Origin: Octopus sinensis
Taxonomy: Eukaryota
Length of the DNA stretch: 64,000 bases
NCBI RefSeq assembly: GCF_006345805.1
Contig: NC_043024.1
Location: forward strand, 16,926,001 to 16,990,000
Reading direction: 5' to 3'
This document shows positions 37,919 to 51,532 of the stretch, piece by piece. The position numbers and the translations under genes are program-made. Position 1 is the stretch's first letter. Every line of letters begins with the position of its first letter. The notes under the pieces were generated by a model, which had not been told where the DNA came from, ran no database searches, and saw only the letters and a list, made by a program, of their open reading frames with translations.

Positions 37919-39369
37919 ACACTCAGTATACTTTGGATTACATAATCTAAGATCAAGTTCCATTATTTTTAAAATGCAAGGATGTGTGATTTTATTGAGA
38001 TTTGGTTGCTATTTTTAGCAGCTTGATAGGCCACCTCTTCTTCCATTTTCTTGTCATCAGTGTTATCACCCCATCACTACAGCAACCACATGATGATGAT
38101 GATGGTAGTGGTGTTGGTAGTGGCACTGCCAGTTGATCCTTGGTACACAATGGTAATATATGGACTTTTTGAATGAAGCCCCCTCCCCCGGACTACAAAG
38201 ATAGCTTAGAAACAGACATAAACAGCAAGATTTATGCTTGTCTGGTGGAGCAAAAGAGGGAGAATATTGTGTAGAACACAGAAAAATATATTTGAGGTAG
38301 AATCTCTGGAGCGATGAACTCTTGTACAGAATCCTTGAAGCTTTATAGATGGAAGCTGTCGGACAACAAAAACCGCTGTGGTAGATCCGCATTCCATACA
38401 GAACGTGTTGATTGTCAATTATGGAATAGAATAGAATGGTAGAGCTATGCAATAGAATGAAAGAGAAAAATGGTTTCTTTATTGCCATTTACTGGAATTC
38501 TGGCAAATATATTGAATTTTGGTATCAAATAATTCCAAGATTCTTAGCTAGAATGGCAGTCTTTTATATATTTGTTCTGATAATGCCTTTAGCAAAATGA
38601 TGAATGTCACAACGTACATACCTATATATGTAAATGTGTATACTTATGATGCATGTGTGTGTATGTTGTATGTATATGTACGTATGTGTTTATATATAGG
38701 TTACATGTATATATACTTATATGTTTATATATATTTATATATAAATGAATGTATATGTATATATACATGTGTGTACGTATGTGTGCATGTATGTATACAC
38801 ACACACAAACATATACACCCTACAAATATACTGTATTTCATTTTATATTGTAATTTCCTAACTTATCCATTCGCGTAGATATCACAATGTTTATCAAATA
38901 AGCCATATGCACTTATCTGTTTATCTACACACATACACATATATACAGCATTGTGTGTATATAAATACATGTAGTAGTAGTAGTAGTATTAAACATTGTG
39001 CTCGATTCTTCATTGTTGATCGATACATTCTTTCGTACAGCAACAAAAGTCATTTTGTTGATCTTATAGCAAAATGAAAAAAATATCATTATATACGTAT
39101 TTATACGGAGTATATATTATATTTACATCATTGACACAATACTGACACACACACGTGTGTGTGTGTGTGTGTGTGTGTGCGTGTATACATATACGGTATG
39201 TATATATATGTAATATATGTGTGTGTGTATATATATATATGCATATATATAGACACACCGCACACACACACATATATACAGTATATATATATTTATACAC
39301 AGTATATGTATATATATATATATATAAATATATACACTCATACACACACACATACATACAGTATATATA

Positions 39370-39413
<44 letters not shown>

Positions 39414-39833
39414 GTAATTTTTATGCTTCTTGTTAATTTAACATTCCCTTTGTCTATGCTATCTAACTAAGGTAGGAAGGTGTTCTTTCAAGCTGAATTC
39501 TCCTGCCTGATTCCTTCTCTGCTGCCAATTCTTAAACCATTCATAAACTAAAGGATTTTATTTATTATATTTTTCTTTATTCTTTGGATCTTTGCAAGCA
39601 TAGAGCAACCAGTCTAATTTCCCATGTTTGCAGAGTTTGGGTGAAGGTTTATAATTGAAGCATTGATTTACAACCCTATGCCATCCCTCTCACTAACAAA
39701 CAGTTGTTTTTTTTTCCAAAATGTGTTTGCGGGGAGAAAAATATTGAAAAATATCAATACATATAAGAGTGACAAAGAAATGGGGAAGATAGTCGTGGGA
39801 TGTGCTAGAAACAACAGTCACAATCTCCCTTAA

Positions 39834-40906
39834 CCCTTTCGTTACTATATTTCTGACCAAAATACACCCCTTATGTGTTTCAATTAATTTCTAACATAAT
39901 CATAAATTTAGTCTGGTTTCATTAAACAACTATAACTTTTTTATTTATCAATATATTAATCTGATTTTTGGAAGATAATTTAATGAAATGTTCTCAACCA
40001 ATTCTATACTATAATTTTTGTCACAAAGTGACTCTAATTGCAGGTAGATACAGGTAAATTCAACAACATATAGAATTATTAAAATTTTGTTCAAACATCG
40101 CTATAGAAAATGGGTTATTAGCTAATATTCAATTGGGTATACAACAAAATTTTACGATAGAATTTGTTATTCTGGGTAGCTTTCTGATACCCATAATAAT
40201 ATTTATGGCAAAATAGTCTTAATTTCATTTAAGGTTGTGGGAAACCACTAACTATCCTTTCTTTCGCTTTGTTTACATTTAGCGTAACGGTTCGTTTCTG
40301 CCGTAATGATTTCAAATAGGCTCATTCGAAAAAGTAAAAAGAAATAGTCTAAGGCTTTACTCTCCTGGGAAAGTCTGTGTCTTGGTCCAGTTTCTTCAAA
40401 AAAATCACCGAAAGAAACAGTTTTTAAATTTTCACTCCATTCAAGTGCCAATTCATTTTCTTTATCGCTGTCGGAGCTGTCGGATTCACTGTTTTCACTA
40501 TCGGAAAATGAAACATCAGATTCATTATCAAATACCACGTGCTTTTTTTTTTCAGTCATAGAGTTAGATTTATCAAGGCCTTCGAATTCTGACTCGCTGC
40601 TAGATATAATGAAATTCGTATCCATTTTTTGTCAGAATTACAAATTTTGAAAACACAATAGAAACAAATTTTGGAAAAAAATCTCCCAAAATTCACGGAA
40701 TTAAAATTACACTTCGATTGTTGTACAAAACTGTAGATGAACTGTTTACGAAGTATAATCACATGTTTTCACAAATGTACTAAAGAGATTTGCTCTGATA
40801 TTCTCATTTAAATATGAATAGGTAAAATACGGGCGGGTTTGGGCGGTTTGGTCACGTTAACCAAAATTTTTTTCGAGCGGCTTTGGGCGGTTTGGTAACG
40901 AAAGGG
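39834..40906 (-). mobile_element. piggyBac internal-deletion derivative (1073 bp)
   Basis: 12-bp TIR CCCTTTCGTTAC at both ends, TTAA duplications at 39830-39833 and 40907-40910, and subterminal GGGCGGTTTGGT direct repeats. Confidence 0.93.
40248..40625 (-). pseudogene. Truncated piggyBac transposase N-terminus (125 aa; acidic region plus start of the DDE_Tnp_1_7-type domain)
   Basis: SESEFEG, an S/D/E-rich stretch, then F.EETGPRH.L...SKALDYFFLLF...LFEIITAETNRYA, typical of PGBD transposases. No catalytic DDD region. Confidence 0.85.
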
Positions 40907-41482
40907 TTAAAGCACACATCTTTACAACTGAAAATATTGACAAAATTTTATTTTATTTTTACTAAAATGCCTTCTCCATGGTTTCTAAGTGCGTAGTGCC
41001 ATAAAAATTGGCCCAAATCAGTCTGGATAGGGAGTAGCGACTGGGGTGAGGTTAAAAAAATAAATTTTCAAAAATGTTTTCTCATAAAAAGATGTCCTGC
41101 ATCATTTCAAAGGTTGTGGTGAAAAAAAAAAACAAATTGGAAAGAAGCCCCATCAAAATGTAAAAAATGCAACATATGTTGGTGGCCTGATTTGAAACCT
41201 TTCTGCCCTTTTCTGTGGAAGTGCAAAGGAAACAAGAGACCCACATTCCAATAATTTTTATTGCTTTCCAGATCCATCTTGTTGACCCCACTTTCTTCTA
41301 TAAAAGATGGGTAACCATCTGGCCCCTCTCCAGCCAGAAATCTGATCAACTCTGGCTCTTTTCTCCCATACTTCACCCTCCCTCTCTACACCTTTTTTTT
41401 CTAGCATAAAATTGCCCTACCCTGGGGTTCATGGCCTTACAAGCTGCTTAGTGGCACAAACAAATCAATGTATCCAGGACAC

Positions 41483-41980
41483 TTTGAAATGCTTGCATTC
41501 CACAGTCTGCTTAGTTGGTGCTGCAAAATGTCTTTGCTGTCTTCACACCCAATTGTCTACAGCAAGAAATTCTCTCCATCACAAAACACAGTAGCTTTCT
41601 CACGGGTTTAAATATGCCCCAAGCACATTTGAGCTGCTAATAACCTTATATCTATACACATCACTGCCCTGCACTGGCACCCTATAATTTGATCAGTGCC
41701 ACCAGTCATTCTACAATGATGGGAATATCATAAGAGAGACAATTTCCCTTATCAGCTTGCAACACATCATCTCTGGTTTCTGTGATTGAAGAGGAGATAA
41801 CCACTCTGAAATGCTTGCATCCCACAGTCTGTGTAGGTGGTGCTGCAAGCTGATTTTTGGTGTCTTTACACCTATTTGTCTACAGTGAGAAATTTTCTCC
41901 ATGTATTCTCACAAGGAATAGCTTTCTTAGAGGACCAGATATGCTCCAAACATATTTGAGCTGCTAATAACCTTGCACTC
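41483..41980. repeat. Diverged direct duplication (~170 bp: 41483-41655 and 41805-41980)
   Basis: Both copies run GAAATGCTTGCAT.CCACAGTCTG...ATTTGAGCTGCTAATAACCTT. Confidence 0.85.
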
Positions 41981-42123
41981 TGTAAAGGGGTAAGCATGCA
42001 GAATGGCATTTGACCATATAAATGATGGATGCCATAGCAGACACTGGAGCACAATGCAACCCTTGGGCCTATTATATCCAGGCAAACCATTCAGCCAATG
42101 CCAGCATAGAACATGGTTGTTAA

Positions 42124-42322
42124 CCCTTTCGTTACTGTATTTCTGTTGAGATGCTATGTGTTCCTTTCAATTAATTTGAAAAATAACAAAGAATTTAGTA
42201 AAATAACTTAGTTATCATTAAGCTAGTGTTAGGAACGTAAATTATGACAAAGGTTTGGTGGAAGGATTTTAAAAGAGACATTTGATCCAGGACCCATTTC
42301 AGCCAGGTCCGTATCGAAAGGG
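42124..42322. mobile_element. piggyBac-type MITE
   Basis: TTAA|CCCTTTCGTTACTGTATTTCTG...GTATCGAAAGGG|TTAA. Confidence 0.9.
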
Positions 42323-43242
42323 TTAAATAATAATAATGATGATGACGACAATGACGACGTGGATGATATGGCATCACCATTATGGTTGTGTCAGCTTTTC
42401 CATGCTAGCATGAATTGAACAGCCTATGTGAGGCGGGGTTTATGACTGGGTGTCCTTCCTTCTTTTGTCTAAAACTTTTAGCCATCTTGCACTGTATAGC
42501 ATGCAGGGGTGCCATGCGTGTGTTTTCACACACACACACAAACAAGCACACACACACACACACACAGAGTAACACTACAGTTATCATTTGCTCGTGGGAT
42601 TGACCTTGGTAGCCTGCACCATACTTTTGCTAATTATATCAATTGCAAATGTACTGATGATCTGCTGTTTCTAGCAGATTGAGTAACCACCTAGAGCTCA
42701 TGGCTAATATGATGATTATAGCAATATTGGTTACTGTTGTTTAACTTTAAGACAATACTAACTGAAGTCTTTCCAGATCTGACCATCCTATCTTTCATGG
42801 TTCTTGACTTAGGTGGTTATACCACCTTAGGGGAGTTGTGAGCTCGAAATGTCAAATGTCCAATGGCCACTATGGAGGGCTCTGAATATTTAGAGGTAAT
42901 GGTGGGGCATGTAATTTTTCTTTGAAATCAAATATTTAGATTGAGTAAAGTATTTATATTTTCTAAACTCTTTAAAAAATATCTTTATCAGGATTAAAAT
43001 ATGAGTCAGACATTGTGTTCTCAGTGAATAGAAAAAGATGGCTGATGATGTAGCAAGGTCCAATATGATTGCATTACAGAAAGTCCTTGCTTTCTTTAGT
43101 AAATTCCATCAGAATTTTAAAAGTGGGGAGGCATTATTTGCAGCAAATATGTAAAAAAAAGTCACATGCTGAAAAAGATAACTGAAGAACATGTAGATAA
43201 TAAACCAGTGTGATGATCTTATAGAGTTCTGTTAAAATGGTG

Positions 43243-43437
43243 AATCGGCAGACTTGTTACCATGCTGGGTAAAATGCTTAGCGCCCTTTCATCCATCTTT
43301 ATATTCTGAGGTCAAATTCTGCCGAGGTCGCTTTGTCTTTCATTCTTTTGGGGTCAGTAAAATAAGTACCAGCTGAACACTGGGGTCGATATAATTGACT
43401 AGCCCCTTCTCTCAAAATCTCAGGCCTTGTGCTTATA
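43243..43437 (+). mobile_element. SINE family D
   Basis: AAATGCTTAGCG...TTCTGAGGTCAAATTCTGCCGAGGTCG...AAGTACCAGCTGAACACTGGGGTCGAT. Confidence 0.8.
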
Positions 43438-43790
43438 GTGTTTCAGTCATTTAACTGTGGCCATTCTGGAGCACCGCCTTTAGTCGAACAAATCGACCCC
43501 AGGTCTTATTCTTTGGAAGCCTAGTACTTATTCTATTGAACTTTTTTGCTGAACCGTTGATTTAGGGGACATAAACACACAGTTGTCAAGTGATGGGGGG
43601 GGGGGGACACAAACACACACACACACACACACACACGACAGGCTTCTTTCAGTTTCTGTCTACCAAATCCACTCACAAGGCTTTGGTTAGCCTGAGGCTA
43701 TAATAGAAGACACTTGCCCAAGGGGACTGAACTCGGAACCATGTGGGCGCGAAGCAAGCTATTTACCACACAGCCACTCCTGTGCCTGTG
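43438..43790 (-). mobile_element. SINE family A, near full-length
   Basis: Reverse complement from TTTCAGTCATTT to CCACACAGCCACTCCTGTGCC. Confidence 0.88.
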
Positions 43791-43792
43791 GC

Positions 43793-43846
<54 letters not shown>

Positions 43847-44060
43847 GGGGGCATAATTGTTAGTGTACTGAGTGAAGTGCTCAGTACCTTTTCGTCCATT
43901 TTTATGTTCTGAATTCAAATTCCACTGAGGTTGACTTTGCCATTCATCCTTTCAGGTCCAATAAATTAAGTACCAGTTAATCACTAGGGTTGATGTAATC
44001 AACTTACCTCCTCCTCCAAAATTGCCGGCCTTGTGTCAAAATTTGAAACCAATATTATGT
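43847..44060 (+). mobile_element. SINE family D following an (ATT)n tract
   Basis: Degenerate family D body. Confidence 0.7.
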
Positions 44061-44835
44061 TGCTCTGATTGATTAAAATATACTGCTGAGGTATGTGTGT
44101 GTGTGGTGGGGGTTAGAATTCCATTTGGTGATAAAGAGGATATTGATGTGAAAAAGGAGGCACTGATGTGAAAGGGGACTCAAGAGGCTAGAATCACTTG
44201 GTCACAATGTCCTGGGTGTCCTTCTTTAAGATGGCAAATTTTCCAGTTTGGTGGGAGATTTCCTCGGAAGATAAATGACTACATAGAGGTTTCCCTTCAT
44301 TAATTTGTCATTTTATATGTTGTTGTTGTTGGAGGTGGTGGTAGTTGAGGTTGTGGTGGGGATGACGATGGTGGCTGAATAATAGAATGGACGAGGTTTG
44401 TTGATGTTCTTTTGTCTGGGACTAGGCATTATACAGCAGATCTATAATCTCATGATTATGATGATGACGATGACAATCATCACCACCACCACCACCACCT
44501 CTGCCACCACCAACAACACCAGCATCATCATCATGGTCACTATAATATTGATATTTGTATCTGTTATTGTGTCTATTTATGAACACAGAAATGAAAGAAT
44601 TGTCACTCTCTCTCCACACCACATGCATGCTATAAATATTCCCATTGTTACCTGTGTGTGTGTATATATATTTATATCTATATATATATGCACACAAACT
44701 TGTGTGTGTATACAAATCTATCTATATATTTAAGCTATAAATATTTCTATTGTTAACTGTTTGTGTGTGTATTTCAATGTATGTATGTACATCTGTATGT
44801 ATGTATGTATGTATCTATCTATCTCTCTATATATG

Positions 44836-44875
<40 letters not shown>

Positions 44876-45173
44876 TATATATATATATAGGGTCTACAAA
44901 TATTTCAATTGTTAATTCTCTGCATGTGTGTAAATCTTTCCACACACACACACACACATGTGCGGTATAAGTATATATATTCATTGTTACCTGTTTGAGT
45001 GTTTGCATAATGTGTATGTGTGTGTATACACAGACACACACAGAGGCTATAAATATTTCTCTTACCCATCATATATTTAACCAATCACTGTTCTCAAATT
45101 TAATTATCTCCTCAAACCTGTCTGTCAGTCTGTAATTTTATCTGTCTGTCAACCCACCATCCTCTCTCTCACA

Positions 45174-45222
<49 letters not shown>

Positions 45223-45319
45223 TCATGCATCCTTACAAACATATTTTCCTCTTGTGTGCATATATTTTAAACTTCTCCAACTCTATGTATGTGTATGCAT
45301 GTGATATTTACATACCTAT

Positions 45320-45472
45320 CTGTCTGTACGTCTGGTTTTCTGTCTGTCTATCTGTCTATCTCTTCATTTATCTATCAATCTACCTGTCTATCTATCTATC
45401 TATCTATCCATCTCTCACTCTCTCTCTCTCTATCTATCCCTCTCTCACTCTCTCTCTATCTATCTATCTATC

Positions 45473-45503
<31 letters not shown>

Positions 45504-45600
45504 CCATCTCTCACTCTCTCTATCTATCTAAATATCTATCTATCTATCAGTCTTTCTGTCTGTCAGTCTGTCTGCCTGTCTGTCTCTCTCTATATACACA
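45320..45600. repeat. (TATC)n/(TC)n/(TGTC)n compound microsatellite
   Basis: Directly visible. Confidence 0.92.
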
Positions 45601-45642
45601 GACACAGACACATACATGTATATATATATATATACATGTATG

Positions 45643-45681
<39 letters not shown>

Positions 45682-46021
45682 ACATACATGTATATATATA
45701 TATATGTATGTGTGTGTGCCTACACACACACGCTTGTCTGTATGTTTCACTCTATAATCCAATATTGTTATGCAAGAGAGGACATCCATCTGGTTGGCAG
45801 CAGAAGGGGAGAGAATCCTTTTAATAGTCACTTAAAATAGGTACAATAATGCAGTCTGCTTCAACACACACACATACACACACACACACACACGCATGAA
45901 TGTATATCTATATTTGTGTGTGTGTGTTTGAGTGTGAGTATATGTGTTTGCGTCAAAGTTTTTTAGATTGCACTTTGTGCATTTACAAATACACATGCAT
46001 GCATACACACACTGGTATATA

Positions 46022-46053
<32 letters not shown>

Positions 46054-46064
46054 CATACGAACAT

Positions 46065-46114
<50 letters not shown>

Positions 46115-46649
46115 GCTAGCACTCTCAGGTACATAAATAGATGTATGCATGCACACACACACACACACACATGTGCATACTGCCTCATGTGTTGTGTCAT
46201 ACACACACCTCTACATAACTGTTATTCAATGCTTTAATTGAAGAACTAAGAAAAGAACTGCAAATGAGTGAGTGAGGGAGAGAGAGAGGGCGAGAGAGAG
46301 TAACAGGGCTGCTTTAAGAAATGAGACAGAGTGAGGTAGATAGGTGCGTGTTTGGGTGTCAGATATGAAGAACTCAAGGCAGAGGGTGAGAACGGTGGTG
46401 GTGATGGTGGTGATGATAACGAAGAGGAGGGATTGAAGGAGAGTGTTCATTATTTTGTTAAGTAGAATGATAGAGTGGAAAATGTAACTTCAGTTAATTG
46501 TAAATTGTCCTCTCTACCACTACAGCCATATGCACTTGCTCAAACACACACACACACACACACACATGCATTACTTCTCATCATCTTGTTATGCCCCCCC
46601 CCCCAAACAGCTTCACAAACAACACTGTTTTTGATATATATATATATCA

Positions 46650-47000
46650 TTGTCGTCGTTTAATGTCCACTTTCCATGCTGGCATGGGTTGGATGGTTTG
46701 ACTGAGGACTGGCAAGCCATGAGGCTACACCAGACTCTAAATCTGATCTGGCAAGGTTTCTACAGCTGGATGTCCTTCCTAATGCCAACCACTCCAAGAG
46801 AATAGTGGGTTAGGCTTTTTATGTGCCACAGACACAAGGGCCACAGACACAAGGGCCAGGCAGGCGATACTAGCATCAACCATGCTTGAATGGTGCTTTT
46901 TACATGCCATCGGCACAGGAGCCAGTCAGGCAGCACTGGCAATGACCCACTTTCGAATGGTGCTTTTTACGTGACACCAGCACAGGAGCCAGTCAGTCTG
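46650..47000 (-). mobile_element. SINE-like family B copy
   Basis: Family B body with GGTGCTTTT(T)AC(A/G)TG subrepeats. Confidence 0.82.
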
Positions 47001-47004
47001 CACT

Positions 47005-47037
<33 letters not shown>

Positions 47038-47402
47038 ATACAGCTTCTTCTCAACTTACAACTGAGTTCCATTCTGACTGACCGGTCGTAAGTCAGTCTG
47101 GTCGTATGTCGGATTTATATTTTCCAACACTGTTTTCATTTGAATGCAACTGATGCTTGAAAGTGACTGAGAGACAGAGGCAAGAAGTGGATGCCTGGGT
47201 CTGAGGGGAAGGGCCTATATTGCCAGAGGCTGCCATAGTTATCGTACATATAGCTGCCCCATGTCCAAAAATCGAATTTTTTGTCTTTGCTTTTTTTATT
47301 TATTTATTTCTTGTGACCCTAATTGCAGATGGTTGTAAGTCAAGGAGAAGGTGTGTGTGTGTGGAGATACATATGCACATTGCGAGGGACAAGTAGAATG
47401 AT

Positions 47403-47449
<47 letters not shown>

Positions 47450-47848
47450 TCTTTTATTCTTTTACTTATTTCAGTCATTTGACTGTGGCCATGCCGGAGC
47501 ACTGCCTTTAGTCGAGCAAATCGGCCCCAGGACTGATTCTTTGTAAGCCTAGTACTTATTCTGTCAGTCTCTTTTGCCTAACTGCTAAGTTACAGGGACG
47601 TAAAGACACCAGCATTGATTGTCAAGCAATGTTGCAGGGACAAACACAGACACACAAACATATACACACACATACATAAAGATATACAGATATGTGACGG
47701 GCTTCCTTCAGTTTCCGTCTACCAAATCCACTCACAAGACTTTGATTGGCCCGAAGCTATAGTAGAAAACACGTGCCCAAGGTGCCACGCAGTGGAACTG
47801 AACCCAGAACCATGTGGTTGGTAAGCAAGCTACTTACCACACAGCCAT
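47450..47848 (-). mobile_element. SINE family A, full-length
   Basis: Reverse complement of the canonical copy. Confidence 0.9.
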
Positions 47849-48822
47849 TCCTATATATATATATATATATGTATATATATACATATATATATATATACAC
47901 GCACATTCATGTATACAAAGTAGCTGTTTTACAAGTGAATGTAAAATTTTATGTTAGGAATAAATATGTATGTATGTATGTATGTGTATGTATGTATGTA
48001 TGTAAGTGTCTATCTATTTTTCTATCCATTCATCCATCCATCTACATGCTTTCCTACCTAGCTGCCTACTCACTTATCTCTTTCCACTCTCTTCTCTCTC
48101 TCTCTCCTTGTCTCTTCTCTTCTCTCTCTCACACACATAATAAACATGGTCTTTCTAAATGATTCTGAATCGTTTTCCTTGTCTTCATTGTTGTCGTAGT
48201 TGCATTCATGAATGTTTGTATGTATGTATGTGTGTGTATGCGTTTGTTTCTATATGCTTGCTTCTACGTATGTGTATGTGCATCCATATGTATGTGTATA
48301 TATGAAATATTGTCAATATCCACAATGATTGTATAAAGTGGATGAACACATGTTAATAAAAAATTTGTTGTACTTGTGTCTGTGAGGTGACCAGTTTCTA
48401 AATATGGTTACCTAAGTTGATGAAAGGCTCATTTTTGTGTCATTGATGTCACATTTATAGGAGAAACTTACTAAATTAGTTGTTTGTCCACTGATATTAG
48501 TTGTAATGTTTGCTATATTCTCATAATGTTGAGTGGGAAACATACTTTTGGTGGGAAATAGCATTTGGCCTTTGTACACATACTGGAAAAACATTGGAAG
48601 TTTTCAAATATTTATGTGTATCTATATGTGTGTATATGTGTACATGTTGGTATATATCTATGGGTGTGTGTGTGTGTGTATTTAAGTATATATTCATATA
48701 TAATGATGTAAATTATGTATACACATATATGTGCATGCTCACATATATCTGTATATGTATATCTACACTCAAATTTTTACCCATTTTTTATTTTTACATG
48801 TATTATTATTATTATTATTATT

Positions 48823-49373
48823 GAGTGAGAGAGATGTGCATGCCATCAAAATGACACTGGGGTAAATATACGATGCCCAGTATACCCATCATGACTATCC
48901 GTTTGACAAGGGTACACTAGGCACATGCATTGCAACCATATGTGTGCGACATGGTGATCCCATATCAAGATAAACAGCACATGATCTTGCAGGTGGGGCC
49001 CAGTTAGAATTTTCTTCTTGTTGAGTATCCATCCTGCTCAAAAGGTCCCTGAATAAGGGTTGTTTTAGGATGATAAACAAAACACCCATGTTTCCAGAGG
49101 TGAATTATCCAAACCCTAAAGAATTCCTTTCAACATATGGCTATGATGCTCCCCCACTACTTCTGCTCGTGATCAGAGATGCACATATCAACCACTAAGG
49201 GACATGCTCAACTGGTTAAGGTCAAACAACTGACAGCAAATCTTTGGTATTGAGCAGAATATTTGCTGTAGCCCATCTTTTATAGCAAGACAAAACAATG
49301 TACATGATAACACTTCCAATCAGTTAAGATCAGAAGCCATGAAAGCCAATGCCTGGTACTGCATCAGGGCATT
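48823..49373 (-). mobile_element. ~550-bp non-coding insert flanked by (ATT)n on both sides, probable retroposon
   Basis: Abrupt compositional shift with (ATT)n at 48801-48822 and at 49371 onward. It resembles an abundant octopus repeat from memory but is single-copy in this window. Confidence 0.5.
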
Positions 49374-50224
49374 CATTATTATTATTGTTATTATTATCAC
49401 AACCACCATTATCACTGTACTGATTCTTCCTTCTTGATTCTGTTTTAATTTGCCTTCTCTCTTCCAGACATAACATCACTGCCCAGTCACAACCCTACCC
49501 TTGTAAATCACCATTGATAACAACCTACACACTTCTCATAACCCACACAATCTTAGATACAACCCTAATCATTTTTAAAGTTACAACCCCTTAATCTTTT
49601 TTTAAACATATTTAGCAATCAACCCTCTTTTTTTCTACCCCACCCTGCTCCTTGCCCTCCCTTGTTCTCCCCAAACTTTATTATTATTTCTACCACTTTC
49701 TACCCTTCTACTTTAAGCAACTATTTCTATCTTACATATTTTCTTTTCAATCTATTTTCCAATAGTCCTTTCTTCAATGCCCACCACCAAATCAGGAATT
49801 AAGCCAACAACAACCACTTATGTCTTCACTTCATCTCAATCTGGTTTTCATTATAAGTATGATTTGTTTTATTACTCATCATATCATTATTGACGTTATT
49901 ATTGGAATTATATTCATTATTGTCATTTTTACTATTTTCATTTTTATACACATTACCATTACTATTTAAAGGAGCCTGGCTTTCCCTGTGTTATTCGTAT
50001 GGAACTTGCTTCCCCATGTCTGTTTTTGTCGGATGAGTCAATCATTGTAACATCTGGCCATGGTATGAGAAGACAATAAACCTAAACTGTGTCTCTTCTC
50101 TAACACTGAGATCTTTTGCATTCTGTATTACTAAAACTATCTGGTGGAGACATATCTATCAGCATATATGTGTGTCTGTGTGTGTCTTTTTGTCTGTTTG
50201 TATGTGTGTGTGTGTGTGTGTGTG

Positions 50225-50812
50225 TCTCTTTGTCTCCAACCACTGCTTGACAACTGGTACTGGTGTGTTTACATTCCCGTAACTTAGTGGTTTGACAAAA
50301 GAGATCCAATAGAATAAATACCGGGATTTAAAAATTACTGGGTTCAATTAATTCAAATAAATGAATCACATTTCTTCAAGATGGTGCCCCAGCATGGTCA
50401 CAGTTTAATGACTGAAACAAGCGAAAGATTATATATATATATATATATATATGGGTGCAGGCATGGCTGTGTGGAAAGAAGCTTGCTTACCAACCACATG
50501 GTTCCGGGTTCAGTCTCACTGAGTGATACCTTGGCTAATGTCTTCTACTATAGCACTGACCAAAGTCTTGTGAGTGGATTTGGTAGACAGAAACAGAAAG
50601 AAGCCTGTCGTGTGTGTGTGTGTTTGTGTGTGTGTCCGTGTTTGTCCTCTCACCATCGCTTGACAGCCAATGTTGGTGTGTTTGCATCCCTGTAACGTAG
50701 CAGTTCGGCAAAAGAGACCAATAGAATAAGTATTATACTTGCAAAGAATAAGAATAAGTGGTGCTTCAGCATGGCCGTAGTCAAATGACTGAAACAAGTA
50801 AAAAAATAAAAG
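50225..50812 (+). mobile_element. Two tandem SINE family A copies (3' half at 50225-50425; full-length at 50454-50812)
   Basis: Canonical motifs. Confidence 0.85.
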
Positions 50813-50856
50813 AATATATATACATATAATATACACACACACACATAAATTTTTTG

Positions 50857-51268
50857 TCTTTTGCTTGTTTTAGTCCTTAGACTGTGGCCATGCTGGGGCA
50901 CTACCTTGAAGAATTTTTAGTTGAATGAATCAACCCTAGTACTTACTTTTTAAGCCAAGTACTTACTCTATCAGTTGCTTTTGCCGAACCACTAAGTTAC
51001 AGGGATCACTGAATTACACACCGACATTGGTTTTCAAGCAATGGTAGAGGGACAAACACAGACACACAAATACATAAACACACACATACACAGATGTATA
51101 TATATATGATGGGCTTCTTTCAATTTCTGTTTACCAAATCCACTCACAAGGTTTTGGTTGGCCAAGGCTATAGTAGAAGACACTTGCCGAAGGTGCTACG
51201 CAGTGGAACTGAACTCGGAGCCATGTGGTTGGGAAGCAAGCTTCTTACCACCCAGCCACTCCTGCACC
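50857..51268 (-). mobile_element. SINE family A, full-length, tail-to-tail with 50454-50812
   Basis: Reverse complement through CCACTCCTGCACC. Confidence 0.88.
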
Positions 51269-51487
51269 TATATATATATATATATATATTATGGAGATGT
51301 ACTCGCATAGCAAGTAATTTGATCTGAGATCATGTGCTGAAACGAAAACAATTGCAGCGTGGAAGGTGTTTATAAGCCATTTAAGAAACACACAAAAGCC
51401 GTTCGATTCACTTCAACAAATAAGTTTAATTTGTCAAAATATTTTCGTTGCTAAAATCTGCGACCTGTTCACTGACAAAAATCCGTG

Positions 51488-51532
<45 letters not shown>

